From an uncultured delta proteobacterium (lineage in GTDB: Bacteria > Desulfobacterota > Desulfomonilia > Desulfomonilales > Desulfomonilaceae), in the NCBI GenBank assembly GCA_963789265.1, contig CAWBKB010000001.1:1184001-1248000 (forward strand): 64,000 nt of DNA, given 5' to 3'. The translations under genes and the position numbers were made by a program. Position 1 is the stretch's first letter. Every line of letters begins with the position of its first letter. Below the pieces are notes generated by a model. That model made no database searches. It had not been told where the DNA came from and worked only from the letters and a program-made list of their open reading frames with translations. This document shows positions 43,608 through 53,166 of the stretch, piece after piece.

Positions 43608-43817
43608 CTATCCACAGGTGTTTATAACTTCACTGGCTCTGAGCTTACTCAGAACCATGCTCTCCGGATTTCGAATAGTTATGCTTATCGTTTGATATTG
43701 CTGATTAAACCTAACTGTCCCGGTTTGGAGCAGATCGGTCCGAATCTTGAAACTCCGCTGAGTTATCAAAATTATCCACAACTCTACCATCAAGTTATCC
43801 ACAGGCTCTGTGGACCC
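43608..43817. other. DnaA-box cluster (candidate oriC or DnaA-titration site)
   Basis: TTATCCACA at 43772 and 43795; CTATCCACA at 43608; weaker boxes at 43619, 43763 and 43809; AT-rich stretch between. Confidence 0.55.
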
Positions 43818-44100
43818 CCCGCGCAAATTGGATGTCAAGAATTAATTTTTCTTCGGAACCTTGGACGAGGCTGAGTGTCCTAACCAACAAGCCCATGTGC
43901 GAAAGGCATCTACATGCCTGTTTCCGGGTGCTGCGGAAGGAATCCCCCGAATATACTATCATTCGTCTTTAGGCGAGATTCCTTCGAGGCAGAATGCGCG
44001 CATGGGCTTTCGACGTTCTTGGGTGGGTGTCCCGGGAGGATTAATCTGAAAATGTGATATAGTGGCAAACTGATACAGGCTTCTTAGTTCAGAGGTTTTC

Positions 44101-46230
44101 ATGGGAAATTGCCGGCCCCCACGCGGAGATTCTTTTGAGAGCACGGAATCAATCGACGTGGGCGATTTGTTGATCGAAGACGTAACCTCGTCCGGCAGCT
44201 TCGACTTAATGCAATTTGGCACCACTCCTTTCGGGAAATTGCTCCAAGCTTTGCCCGTTCCCGTCCTGTTGATCGACCGGTCCTTTCGCATAATCTTTGC
44301 CAACCGAGCATGTGGCAAAATAAACGCGGAATATGAAAGATTTGTGAGCGGCCCCGTCGACGTAATATCTTCCGATACGCACTCGATAAAGATCGTCCGA
44401 TCCCATTTAAAGGAAGTTTTTTCCACCAGAAAACCGCAGACTTGTGAAGCCGTGCTCCGGACGGGAAGAATCGGCGTCTGGGGTCGCTTATCTTTCCGGT
44501 CTATTAGGAGTGAAGATGAGCGCCTGATACTATTGGTTGTCGAAGATCTTACCGCCGAGAAGAAACAGCTCATTATAAGTGAGAGATACCAGGATGAATT
44601 GCAGAAGGAAGTCGTCGAGCGCAAGAAGGCGGAACGGGCGCTTGAGCAAGCGAATCGGGAACTGGAAGATCGGATAGAACAACGCACATTGGAGTTACTG
44701 AAACTAAACGACCAGATGGAGCAGGAAATCGCTGAACGAGAGCGTGCCCAGAGGCTATTGTACGAGAGTCAGGAGAGGCTCGAGTTGGCGCTGAAAGGAG
44801 CGGATCTTGGGTTATGGGACTACGACATAGAAAAGAATGTGGGATTCGTTGATCAAGTCTGGGCGGATATTTTCGGTTACTCCCTCGAAGACCTGCCGCC
44901 GGACATAAACTTGTGGAGAAGCTTGCTTCATCCGGAAGATAGACCCGCCGTAATTGAAGCATGGAATGCCCACCTGGAAGGCCGTAAGCCTTTTTACGAG
45001 GCGGAGCATAGGGTAAAGGCCAAGTCGGGAGAATGGAATTGGGTCCTGTCCCGGGGGAAGGTTGTAGAACGAGACAGGCACGGCAAGCCTTTACGAGTCT
45101 CCGGAACAGCCTATAACATCTCGGATCGCAAGCTCGCGGAAGAAAAACTTTTGCAAATGTCCAAGGTCTTCATGGAATCGATAGACCCGATCTTCATTAG
45201 AGACCTGGAAGGCAACATAATCGATCTGAACAAGGCGGCTGAAGATACTTACGGATGGTCTCGGGACGAGTTGATCGGCAAGTCTGTCAAGACAATCGTA
45301 TCCGCCACTCGGCACGACGTAGTGGACGAGTTACATGAGAGATGCAAGCGCGGAGATAAAGTGGAAAACGTGGAAGCGCTCCACCGAAATAAGTCGGGTG
45401 ATGTCATACCTGTCCTGGTAAGCCTTTCTCTCTTGACGAACAAGAAAGGTGAGCCGGTGGGCATTGCAAGCATTGCCAAAAACCTGAGCGATCTCAAGCG
45501 GACCGAGGAAATGCTTCGAGCCAAGACCGACGCGTTGGTGCGCAGCAACAAGGATTTGGAGGAGTTTGCTTATGTTGCAGCGCATGACCTGAGGGAACCA
45601 CTTGTCGGAATCGCCGCTTATTTAAAGGTCCTGGAGAAGCGCTTCAAAGCCAGACTCGACCCGGAGGCTCACAAATTTGTCTCCCGTGCACTGGAAATAA
45701 CTATCCGAATGGACTCCCTGGTGCAAAGCCTTCTGTCTTATGCGCGTTTGGGGACTGGGACAAAGTCGTTTCAGCCGACTGACTGTACGGTGGCGCTGGA
45801 GCGAGCCCTATCTAACTTGAGGTCTGCGCTGGAGGAAATCCACGTCAAAGTCAGCAGAGGGCCACTCCCGACCGTGATGGGAAATCTTTCGCAAATGGTC
45901 CAATTATTTCAGAATCTTGTTAGCAATGCCATCAAGTTTGCCGGAGACAGACCTCTTGAGATTCATATCGGCGCGCTGCCGGATGAATCCCAGTGGAAGT
46001 TCTATGTGAAGGATAATGGAATTGGCATCGAACCACCATATTTCGACAGGATCTTTAGAATCTTTCAACGGCTTGAAGCGACTCAGGAACGCGCAGGAAC
46101 GGGTATTGGCCTGGCTAGTTGCAAAAGGATTGTGGAGAGCCACGGTGGGCGAATTTGGGTGGAATCCGAACCCGGCAAGGGCTCGACCTTCTTCTTTACC
46201 ATACCGCGCTCCAAGGAATCCGTGACTTGA
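44101..46230 (+). CDS. Multi-PAS sensor histidine kinase
   Basis: PAS/PAC domains; FAYVAAHDLREPL; QNLVSNAIKF; DNGIGI; GTGIGLA. Confidence 0.92.
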   Translation: MGNCRPPRGDSFESTESIDVGDLLIEDVTSSGSFDLMQFGTTPFGKLLQALPVPVLLIDRSFRIIFANRACGKINAEYERFVSGPVDVISSDTHSIKIVRSHLKEVFSTRKPQTCEAVLRTGRIGVWGRLSFRSIRSEDERLILLVVEDLTAEKKQLIISERYQDELQKEVVERKKAERALEQANRELEDRIEQRTLELLKLNDQMEQEIAERERAQRLLYESQERLELALKGADLGLWDYDIEKNVGFVDQVWADIFGYSLEDLPPDINLWRSLLHPEDRPAVIEAWNAHLEGRKPFYEAEHRVKAKSGEWNWVLSRGKVVERDRHGKPLRVSGTAYNISDRKLAEEKLLQMSKVFMESIDPIFIRDLEGNIIDLNKAAEDTYGWSRDELIGKSVKTIVSATRHDVVDELHERCKRGDKVENVEALHRNKSGDVIPVLVSLSLLTNKKGEPVGIASIAKNLSDLKRTEEMLRAKTDALVRSNKDLEEFAYVAAHDLREPLVGIAAYLKVLEKRFKARLDPEAHKFVSRALEITIRMDSLVQSLLSYARLGTGTKSFQPTDCTVALERALSNLRSALEEIHVKVSRGPLPTVMGNLSQMVQLFQNLVSNAIKFAGDRPLEIHIGALPDESQWKFYVKDNGIGIEPPYFDRIFRIFQRLEATQERAGTGIGLASCKRIVESHGGRIWVESEPGKGSTFFFTIPRSKESVT

Positions 46231-46356
46231 GCTTTCGGCAGCCCAGCCTTTTCATCCTCAACATCGCACGGATTGATCCATCCCAATTTTGAAGCGACTA
46301 AACACTTGTCGAGTATCCTTCCAGTTATCCGGGGTCAGCGATCCGTTCCAACCGGT

Positions 46357-46497
46357 ATCATTGCGAGTCCCGCGGAACGCGGGAAAGCAATCTTTTCCTT
46401 TAAACGCCGCTTAGATTGCCGGTGGGACGGGCATCTTGCCCGTCATCCCTAATAGACAGGCTGGAAGCCTGTCCCACCATGCACTCCTCGCAATGAC
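46357..46497. repeat. Composite REP element
   Basis: Inverted near-copy of 31538..31680. Confidence 0.85.
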
Positions 46498-46644
46498 AAT
46501 TTCCCGTCCGTAAGTGAATGGTAACGTTGTCGATCAAAAACTCCTTTGCATTGTCTAATCGAATGTGCTACGGCTCCTGTCATTGGATCCTCGCTGCCGG
46601 GGATTTTATGCTTATGTGAGTAGTGAGGTAGGAGTCGAGTAGTT

Positions 46645-46953
46645 ATGCTGAAATACAAATGCCTGTTGTGCGGAATCGAGTGGGGCGACCCAAGAGCGTC
46701 GGAATCCGACATCTCCCACGGATACTGCCCTACCTGCATACGAAAACAGTACACGAGTAGGATTCATAGGGCCCAGCGAGAAGCCGGGTACTCTGATTGT
46801 TTCAACCGCGGGCACAATGACTGCGCGGAACATGCTTGCTGCTTCAGAACAGCATGTCAAGAGGATTTGGTAAAAAGCTGGAAAAGGGCAATCATTCAAG
46901 GAGACGCAGGGGTGGAACCCGAAGGATTGATCTGCGATGCTGCGACCGCATAA
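46645..46953 (+). CDS. Small Cys-rich metal-binding protein
   Basis: AGGAG RBS; CLLC...SHGYCPTC; IHRAQREAGYSDCF...C...CCFRTAC. Confidence 0.65.
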   Translation: MLKYKCLLCGIEWGDPRASESDISHGYCPTCIRKQYTSRIHRAQREAGYSDCFNRGHNDCAEHACCFRTACQEDLVKSWKRAIIQGDAGVEPEGLICDAATA

Positions 46954-47040
46954 GTATTGCTTGATCTCTCTGTCCATGACTGATCTCATCACTCCGGAGC
47001 GCCGTAGTTGGAACTGCGTGCTTCGTATTCCGATGGCGGG

Positions 47041-48211
47041 TCAAAGAGAAGGACTCTGTTCCCATCGCAGCGTCAGGATATAGTCGTCACTCACTTCGAC
47101 GTGGGTCCCAAAGGCAGCACCTTCCCGATTCAACATGGCGCTCAACCACAGTGCATCGGCCCTCGAAGCCAAGTCTACCTTGAAGCGTCTGATCTGTGTG
47201 GGTACCATCCGTAGAAGGACGAGTTCCCCGGTCGGGGGATTCAAGCTGACAAAATACATTAGACCCAGGTCTCCCCGAAACCCCTCATGGCCGCCGATGC
47301 CCTCGTAGTCATCCAGGAAATCACCACAACCGTAGATGACAAGTTTGCTTTTGTAGACTTCTATCCCTTTCACATGGTGTGAAGAATGCCCGTGGATTAG
47401 GTCAATCCCGGCGCGGTCGATTAGATTGTGAGCAAAATCGACTTGCTCACCAGCGATTCCATAACCCCAATTGCCGCCCCAGTGGACTGAGGCAATGACC
47501 GCGTCTCCCGGCCGCTTGACTTCTTTGACCCTCGTTTGAATAGCTCTTATCGCTTTCTCCGAAAGATCGTTCAAGAGATTTACCCCGGGTCTACTTGGCG
47601 AAGCTGCCCAGGAAGGGGGAATTCCACTTGTTGGTGACCCGAAGGAGAATACTATCACTCTCCCCTTACCCCGGGCTTCCAATACTGCCGGGGATGTAGC
47701 CTCTTCCAGGTTCCGGCCTGCTCCGGCGCTCTGTACCTTTCGCGGTCTTTAGGGTTTCCAATGTCTCGATGAGACCGGCGAATCCCCAGTCCAGAACATG
47801 ATTGTTGGCTAGAACGCAAAGGTCCGTCTTGGCCGCGGTTATGCAAGGCGCATTCTGTGGATGCATTCTGTAGTTTATTCCCTTGCCTCTCCAGTAGTCC
47901 TCACTGGTGGTTATACTCGTTTCAAGATTAATGATCCTGAGGTCCGGCGCCATTCTTTCCAGTACGTCAAGTGCATCTCCCCAAATGTAAGAATGACTCA
48001 CAGGTTTGGGAATGGGACCGTTCGCCCTTTCAGCCAGGTGCACGTAGTCTACGGCATCTTTTACGTAAGGCTCATAAAGGACAGGCTTGCTAGGGTGAGG
48101 CAACACCTGATCAATGCCTCTGCCTGTCATGACATCACCGCAGAGGAAAATCGTGATCATGCGGGCCGTGTCCGATGATCCGACAAAGGGTTTTGATTCA
48201 ACGTTATTCAT
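47041..48211 (-). CDS. CapA/PgsA family metallophosphoesterase (extra base near 47738)
   Basis: GDVMTGRG, INLET, LANNHVLDWG; SVHWGGNW, HGHSSHH, YGCGDF. Confidence 0.88.
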
Positions 48212-48284
48212 CTTGGGATATAACCCCTCAGCAGCGATCTCGCTTCACCGCGGAGGGCGCCAAGAACGCAGAGAAAAGAAGATT

Positions 48285-48467
48285 TAGAGATTCCCAAAAG
48301 TAATCACGGGAAAAGAAAATGATTGGGTGGTGACGCCCCGCGCTGAACGCGGGGCTGCCCGTCCATCAGCGACAGTTTGTCCCGCGCCTCGCGGGAGTGT
48401 CCCAACCAGCATAAGTTAAGTGCCAAGACGCATCCAAACACGACGACAATTCTTTCGGAGACCCACT
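48285..48467. mobile_element. MITE family 3 copy nested in a CACCGCGGAG...CTCCGCGGTG repeat pair
   Basis: Inverted homolog of 5730..5930. Confidence 0.65.
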
Positions 48468-48556
48468 GTGGACGTACGGAGAAGACAGAATTCTCCGCGG
48501 TCTCTGCGTCCTCCGCGGTGAACTTTTACTTTGAATTATAAGTCCTCTCCCGCACT

Positions 48557-49012
48557 TCAGCCTTTGTTTTTTACCTCTTGAGGCAATAATTCCGAAAGCA
48601 ATCCGCTCCAGGGCAGAATAACCTTTTCAACGATAATGGAGATCGACAGGCCGTTTCGTCCCTGACGTTGGAGTTTTCCCTCCAGAGTCAGCAATTCGCT
48701 CGTATAAATGACGCGTGCAGAATCTTTCTGAGCTTTGGGAAATACCGCGGCGTCCCACAACCCTGTCTCATCCTCTAAGGTTAGGAATATCACTCGCTTA
48801 CCACTTTTAGTGGGCGGAGTATGTGCGATTACGAGTAGACCACTAACCCGCACCCTTCGTCCTGAAGGGATTTTACGTAGCTGGCGAGCCGTAACAACCC
48901 CTTGCTCCCTTAGCTTGCGTCTCAGCACCGCCAGAGGATGCGTACGACAAAAGACGCTCATTGATCCGGCTTCTCTCAAAGCTGCAGCGGCATCCGACAT
49001 TTTATCCTGCAT
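48557..49012 (-). CDS. Stand-alone OB-fold domain of DNA polymerase III alpha/DnaE2
   Basis: HPLAVLR...VRVSGL....TPPTKSGKRVIFLTLEDETG; own GGGAGG RBS. Confidence 0.85.
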   Translation of the reverse strand: MQDKMSDAAAALREAGSMSVFCRTHPLAVLRRKLREQGVVTARQLRKIPSGRRVRVSGLLVIAHTPPTKSGKRVIFLTLEDETGLWDAAVFPKAQKDSARVIYTSELLTLEGKLQRQGRNGLSISIIVEKVILPWSGLLSELLPQEVKNKG

Positions 49013-51617
49013 CGCAGACCTCCCGAATCAGCGTCCATTCTTCATCCAGCCGTTCCAATGCACCTGCCGCGGAAAGAGGACCGAGTATCCTTTTCGGCGG
49101 AGAGAAACGAACTAAAAAGTCTTGCAGACTGCTGAACAGTCCCCTTCTTTCGCGCTCGGCTATTATTCTCCGAGCTGTTGCCTCGCCCACTCCGTTTATC
49201 ACTCGGAGAGGAACTCTGATGCCCCGACCTTCAGCCTCATACTGCAAGCCGCTGTAATTCACATGGGGAGGATACACAGGGATCCCTTTTCTTCTCGCTT
49301 CATTCAAAATCACATACGGTGGATACGAGCCGACCTGACCCGCATTGAGCAAGCCTATGTAGAATGCCTGGGGATGGTGGGCCTTCAGGTATGCGCTCTG
49401 GTACGTGATGTGGGCAAAGCTGGCGGCATGAGCTTTACAGAACCCAAAACTGGCGAACGCGGCGATTCTGTTGAAGATCTGTTCGGCAAGTCTTCGACTA
49501 TACCCCCCCTTAGTAGCCCCCTCAATGAATTGGTGTTTTAGGGATTCCATCGCGCCCGACTTGCGATCCTTCGTCATAGCCCTACGGAACAAGTCTGCGT
49601 CGCTATACGGCAAGCCAGCGAAGGTATGTACGATACGCAACACCTGCTCCTGGAAGAGAATCACTCCATACGTATCGAAAAGAATGGGAACGAGGTCGTT
49701 GTGAGGGATTTTGACAGGTTCCTGCCTGTTCCTTCTTTTCACATACACCTGAACCATGTCCCCCTCAACAGGCCCAGGTCTGAAAAGGCTGATCTCATCT
49801 ATCAGATCGCCGAAGCGTCTCGGCTGTAGGTGACCGAGCAAGTTTCTCTGGCCCGGTGATTCGAGCTGGAAAACTCCGAGAGTCTCAGTAGTGCGGAGAA
49901 GGGCATAGGTCTTTTTGTCATCCAGGGGCATTCGATCGAGGTCCAAGAATATCCCCTTATTCTTAAGCAGTTTCAATGCCTTCCGAATAGCTGTGTGCGT
50001 CCTTAGACCTAAGATGTCCAATTTCAACAACCCCAGAACATCAACATCGTCCTTATCCAATTGCCCAACAGGGAGTTCGTGCGGTGACAGCCCCACCGGA
50101 GTCCAATCCTTCACATCCCTCGGTGCGATGACTACCCCGCCGAGATGTGTCGAGCACTGGAACGGGAGACCGGTCAGTTTCGCGGCAATCTGAATGAGTC
50201 GGTCTTCTTTCTTGAGCGGTGAGTCCTTTAATTCAGGCAGATTTCCAAGTGCTTCATTCAGATCGTGGCCTCGGAGCGACCAGGGAAGGCATGTGGCAAG
50301 GCGATCTATTTCGGTCAAGGAATAGCCGAGGGAACGAGCCGCCAGTCGCACGGCGCTCCGTACCTTGAACGTATGAATGGTACAAACCATTGCCGTTTGC
50401 CTGGGGAACAAATTCATGAGGTGGCGGATAACCTCGTCCCGCCGATCGGAGTCAAAGTCCACGTCAATGTCCGGTAGATCGCGCCTGCCTTCGTTGATAA
50501 AGCGTTCAAACAAAAGATTGTGGCGTATCGGGTCCACTCCGCCCAACAGGAGATGAATCACCAAACTACCGGCTGCGGATCCGCGAACGCTGTGGCGAAT
50601 GCCTTGTTTGCGAGCGAATTTAACTACTTTTCGGATCAAGAGGAAAAAGTCGGCCAACTTCAACTGGTTTATGACGGTTAATTCATGGTCTATCTGCCGT
50701 AGATAATGAGTCGGAATGGGGCGATAACGTTTGGCCGCCTCTTTATAGGTCAGAATTGTGAGATCCTTTGATGCTTCACCGGAACGACGAAACGACGGCG
50801 GATGGAGCCGTCCTATAGGAAATGAGAAGCCGCGGCAGAGTTCCGCGATAAGGGATGTATTCTCAAGAGCCTCAGTATATGGAACACGTCGCTTCATCTC
50901 CGAACCTGAAGCCAAAAAGTAGCGATCGTTGGGTAGTGGTTCAATAAAGCGGTGATGATGATGGTTTTGAATTCCCACAAGAGTTTGATGAATTATGTAA
51001 TCTTCAGGCTTGAGAAAAGCCACGTCATTGGTCGCGACAGTCGGGATACCCAGGCTCCCGGATATTTCCAGGGCCTGTTCCATGACCGAATATGCTTCCT
51101 TCGCCGGTTCTTCAGGCTGAGCGTGGTTTTGGAGAATCAGAAACAGCGACTGCTTCTCATGCAGAACTTTCCTTATTTCAATTAAGGACTGCCTTGCAGC
51201 ATCAATCCTACCTTTTTCCAACAAGTTTTTAATGATCGAGCCCCTGCCGCCGGCGAGGCATATCAATCCCTCGCTCCAGTGGGACAAGTCCTGTTTGGTT
51301 ATGAAGTTTGTCTGAGATGTTCCGCCTTCCAGGGCAAGGGAGAGAAGACGGCAGAGATTTCCATACCCTTGGAAGTCTGATGCCAGAAGAATCACCGGGG
51401 AGCCGTCCCATATCGAAATCTTAGCTCCAACAATAGGTTGTATTCCGGCAGCGATGGCAGCCTTATAAAACCTGATTGCCCCGTGAACGCCGTCATCCGT
51501 GAGGGCCACTGCCCTTTGACCGAGGGCAATCGTCTCTTCAACCAGTGCTTCCGGTGTAAAAGTTCCCCAGAGGAAAGAGAAGGCGCTTTGAACTTCAAGA
51601 TGTACGAAATTATCCAT
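49002..51617 (-). CDS. dnaE2: Error-prone DNA polymerase DnaE2-like (PHP + Pol + HhH, OB domain separate)
   Basis: RGSAAGS, PDIDVDFD, KLDILGL, GVFQLESPGQ, FGFCKAHAASFA; degenerate PHP motifs. Confidence 0.85.
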   Translation of the reverse strand: MDNFVHLEVQSAFSFLWGTFTPEALVEETIALGQRAVALTDDGVHGAIRFYKAAIAAGIQPIVGAKISIWDGSPVILLASDFQGYGNLCRLLSLALEGGTSQTNFITKQDLSHWSEGLICLAGGRGSIIKNLLEKGRIDAARQSLIEIRKVLHEKQSLFLILQNHAQPEEPAKEAYSVMEQALEISGSLGIPTVATNDVAFLKPEDYIIHQTLVGIQNHHHHRFIEPLPNDRYFLASGSEMKRRVPYTEALENTSLIAELCRGFSFPIGRLHPPSFRRSGEASKDLTILTYKEAAKRYRPIPTHYLRQIDHELTVINQLKLADFFLLIRKVVKFARKQGIRHSVRGSAAGSLVIHLLLGGVDPIRHNLLFERFINEGRRDLPDIDVDFDSDRRDEVIRHLMNLFPRQTAMVCTIHTFKVRSAVRLAARSLGYSLTEIDRLATCLPWSLRGHDLNEALGNLPELKDSPLKKEDRLIQIAAKLTGLPFQCSTHLGGVVIAPRDVKDWTPVGLSPHELPVGQLDKDDVDVLGLLKLDILGLRTHTAIRKALKLLKNKGIFLDLDRMPLDDKKTYALLRTTETLGVFQLESPGQRNLLGHLQPRRFGDLIDEISLFRPGPVEGDMVQVYVKRRNRQEPVKIPHNDLVPILFDTYGVILFQEQVLRIVHTFAGLPYSDADLFRRAMTKDRKSGAMESLKHQFIEGATKGGYSRRLAEQIFNRIAAFASFGFCKAHAASFAHITYQSAYLKAHHPQAFYIGLLNAGQVGSYPPYVILNEARRKGIPVYPPHVNYSGLQYEAEGRGIRVPLRVINGVGEATARRIIAERERRGLFSSLQDFLVRFSPPKRILGPLSAAGALERLDEEWTLIREVCDAG

Positions 51618-51632
51618 TTAAGAGCCTCTTGA

Positions 51633-51722
51633 TCACGGTTTAAGGCGAACCACCCCGATCAGTTTCCCAAGGATTCTGATCCTGGCTCGATCCTTGCCTT
51701 TGAAAGCTGTGATGATGCTCAT
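51633..51722 (-). pseudogene. lexA: Probable lexA remnant (29 aa)
   Basis: MSIITAFKGKDRARIRILGKLIGVVRLKP resembles the LexA C-terminal I(L)GKV.GV.R strand. Confidence 0.55.
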
Positions 51723-51753
51723 GAGACACCGCAGAACAAATATTTTCATTCAC

Positions 51754-51782
51754 AATATGGAGAACATTTGTTCTGGTGTCAA
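51754..51782 (-). promoter_or_regulatory. Promoter TTGACA-N17-CATATT with a GAAC-N4-GTTC (LexA-type) box in the spacer
   Basis: AGAACATTTGTTCT at 51761..51774. Confidence 0.7.
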
Positions 51783-51962
51783 GAAAAATGCTGTCCTTAA
51801 CAGAGGTAATCATTCTCACAGGCAGCAAAAGCTTGTCATTGTGAGGCCGCGTCTCGCAAGATGAACCCATCAGTAGGATGGGCGTCCCGCCCGTCGATTT
51901 GTGATAGGATGGGCCAAACTGTCGCTGAAATTTTCAGATCCGCCGGATAGAAGGAAATCGTC

Positions 51963-52886
51963 ATGGACACTCGTCTGCAACGATCCCTGTTGATATTGCC
52001 GGTCAATGTCCCTCGCTTCGTTGAAAAGGCATACCTGCGCGGAGCGGACGCGATTGTGCTCGACCTGGAAGACTCAATACCCCCAGGAACAAAAGCAGAA
52101 TCCCGCAAGCTCGTGAAGCAATCAATCGAACTCGCGGGGCGTGGCGGGGCTGATGTCTTTGTCCGGGTCAATAATGAACCGTCGCTCCTCGACGATGATG
52201 TGGAAGCATCAGTCCATCCGGGTCTGCATGGGATCTTCATGCCCAAGGTCGAATCACAAAGGGATGTGAGTCGTCTTGAGGCTCACGTACTTAAGCTGGA
52301 ATCTGCGCGAGGAATGGAGCCGGGCCGAATAAAGTTATCTTTGCATATCGAGAGCCCGACCGGTCTTCTCAGACTCGAAGAAATCGCGGCAGCGAGTCCC
52401 CGCATCGAATCCATAAGCCTGGGCATGGATGACTACTGTTTGAGCCTCAGCGTTGAACCATCCCCGGGGGGAAGTGAACTGTTCTTCCCGCTCTGCATGA
52501 TAGTCACGGTTTGCAAGGCAGCGGGCATAGGAGCGATCGGGATACTGGGCAGCGTAGCGGAATTTCGCGATCTGGGAGTTTTTCAGAAAGCCGCGGAAGC
52601 AGGGCGACAACTTGGCTGTTCCGGAGCCTATTGCATTCATCCGCATCAGGTGCAAATACTGAACCGTGTGTTCTCTCCTTCCGCGGAAAAGATTGAATAT
52701 GCACGCAGGGTGGTCGAAGTATTCGAAGAAGGGCTGAGAAGAGGCAGAGCTTCGATGACTCTGGACGACCGGATGGTGGACACACCTATCTACAAACAGG
52801 CAAAAGTCGTGCTTGAACGCGCTGAAGCAGTGGCTGCGGTTGAGCGCAGGAAAGCGGACGCCATGAAACTTCTTCAGAATTGCTAA
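51963..52886 (+). CDS. CitE/HpcH-HpaI family CoA-ester lyase
   Basis: RSLLILP, DAIVLDLEDS, FVRVN, IHPHQV, MVDTP. Confidence 0.88.
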   Translation: MDTRLQRSLLILPVNVPRFVEKAYLRGADAIVLDLEDSIPPGTKAESRKLVKQSIELAGRGGADVFVRVNNEPSLLDDDVEASVHPGLHGIFMPKVESQRDVSRLEAHVLKLESARGMEPGRIKLSLHIESPTGLLRLEEIAAASPRIESISLGMDDYCLSLSVEPSPGGSELFFPLCMIVTVCKAAGIGAIGILGSVAEFRDLGVFQKAAEAGRQLGCSGAYCIHPHQVQILNRVFSPSAEKIEYARRVVEVFEEGLRRGRASMTLDDRMVDTPIYKQAKVVLERAEAVAAVERRKADAMKLLQNC

Positions 52887-53166
52887 ATGGAGTAAAATAG
52901 GGCGGGCTCTACGTATTGCAAAAATTTTTTTCCGATTTGTGGAATTACACCGTCACCCCGGACTTTGATCCGGGGTCCAGCCTGGATTCCCGCGTGCACG
53001 GGAATGACGGCGAAGCGCCCATCACGGTTCGCCTTGAGGATTCTATGCTTGGTACGGCCAAACGGACATTATTTTTGGCAGACGCTATAATTGCGGAAAA
53101 CAGGGCAACCTCTGGCGTAATGAGCGGTTGATAGAAGCTATTTCCTGGGAGTTTCACGAGGAACCA

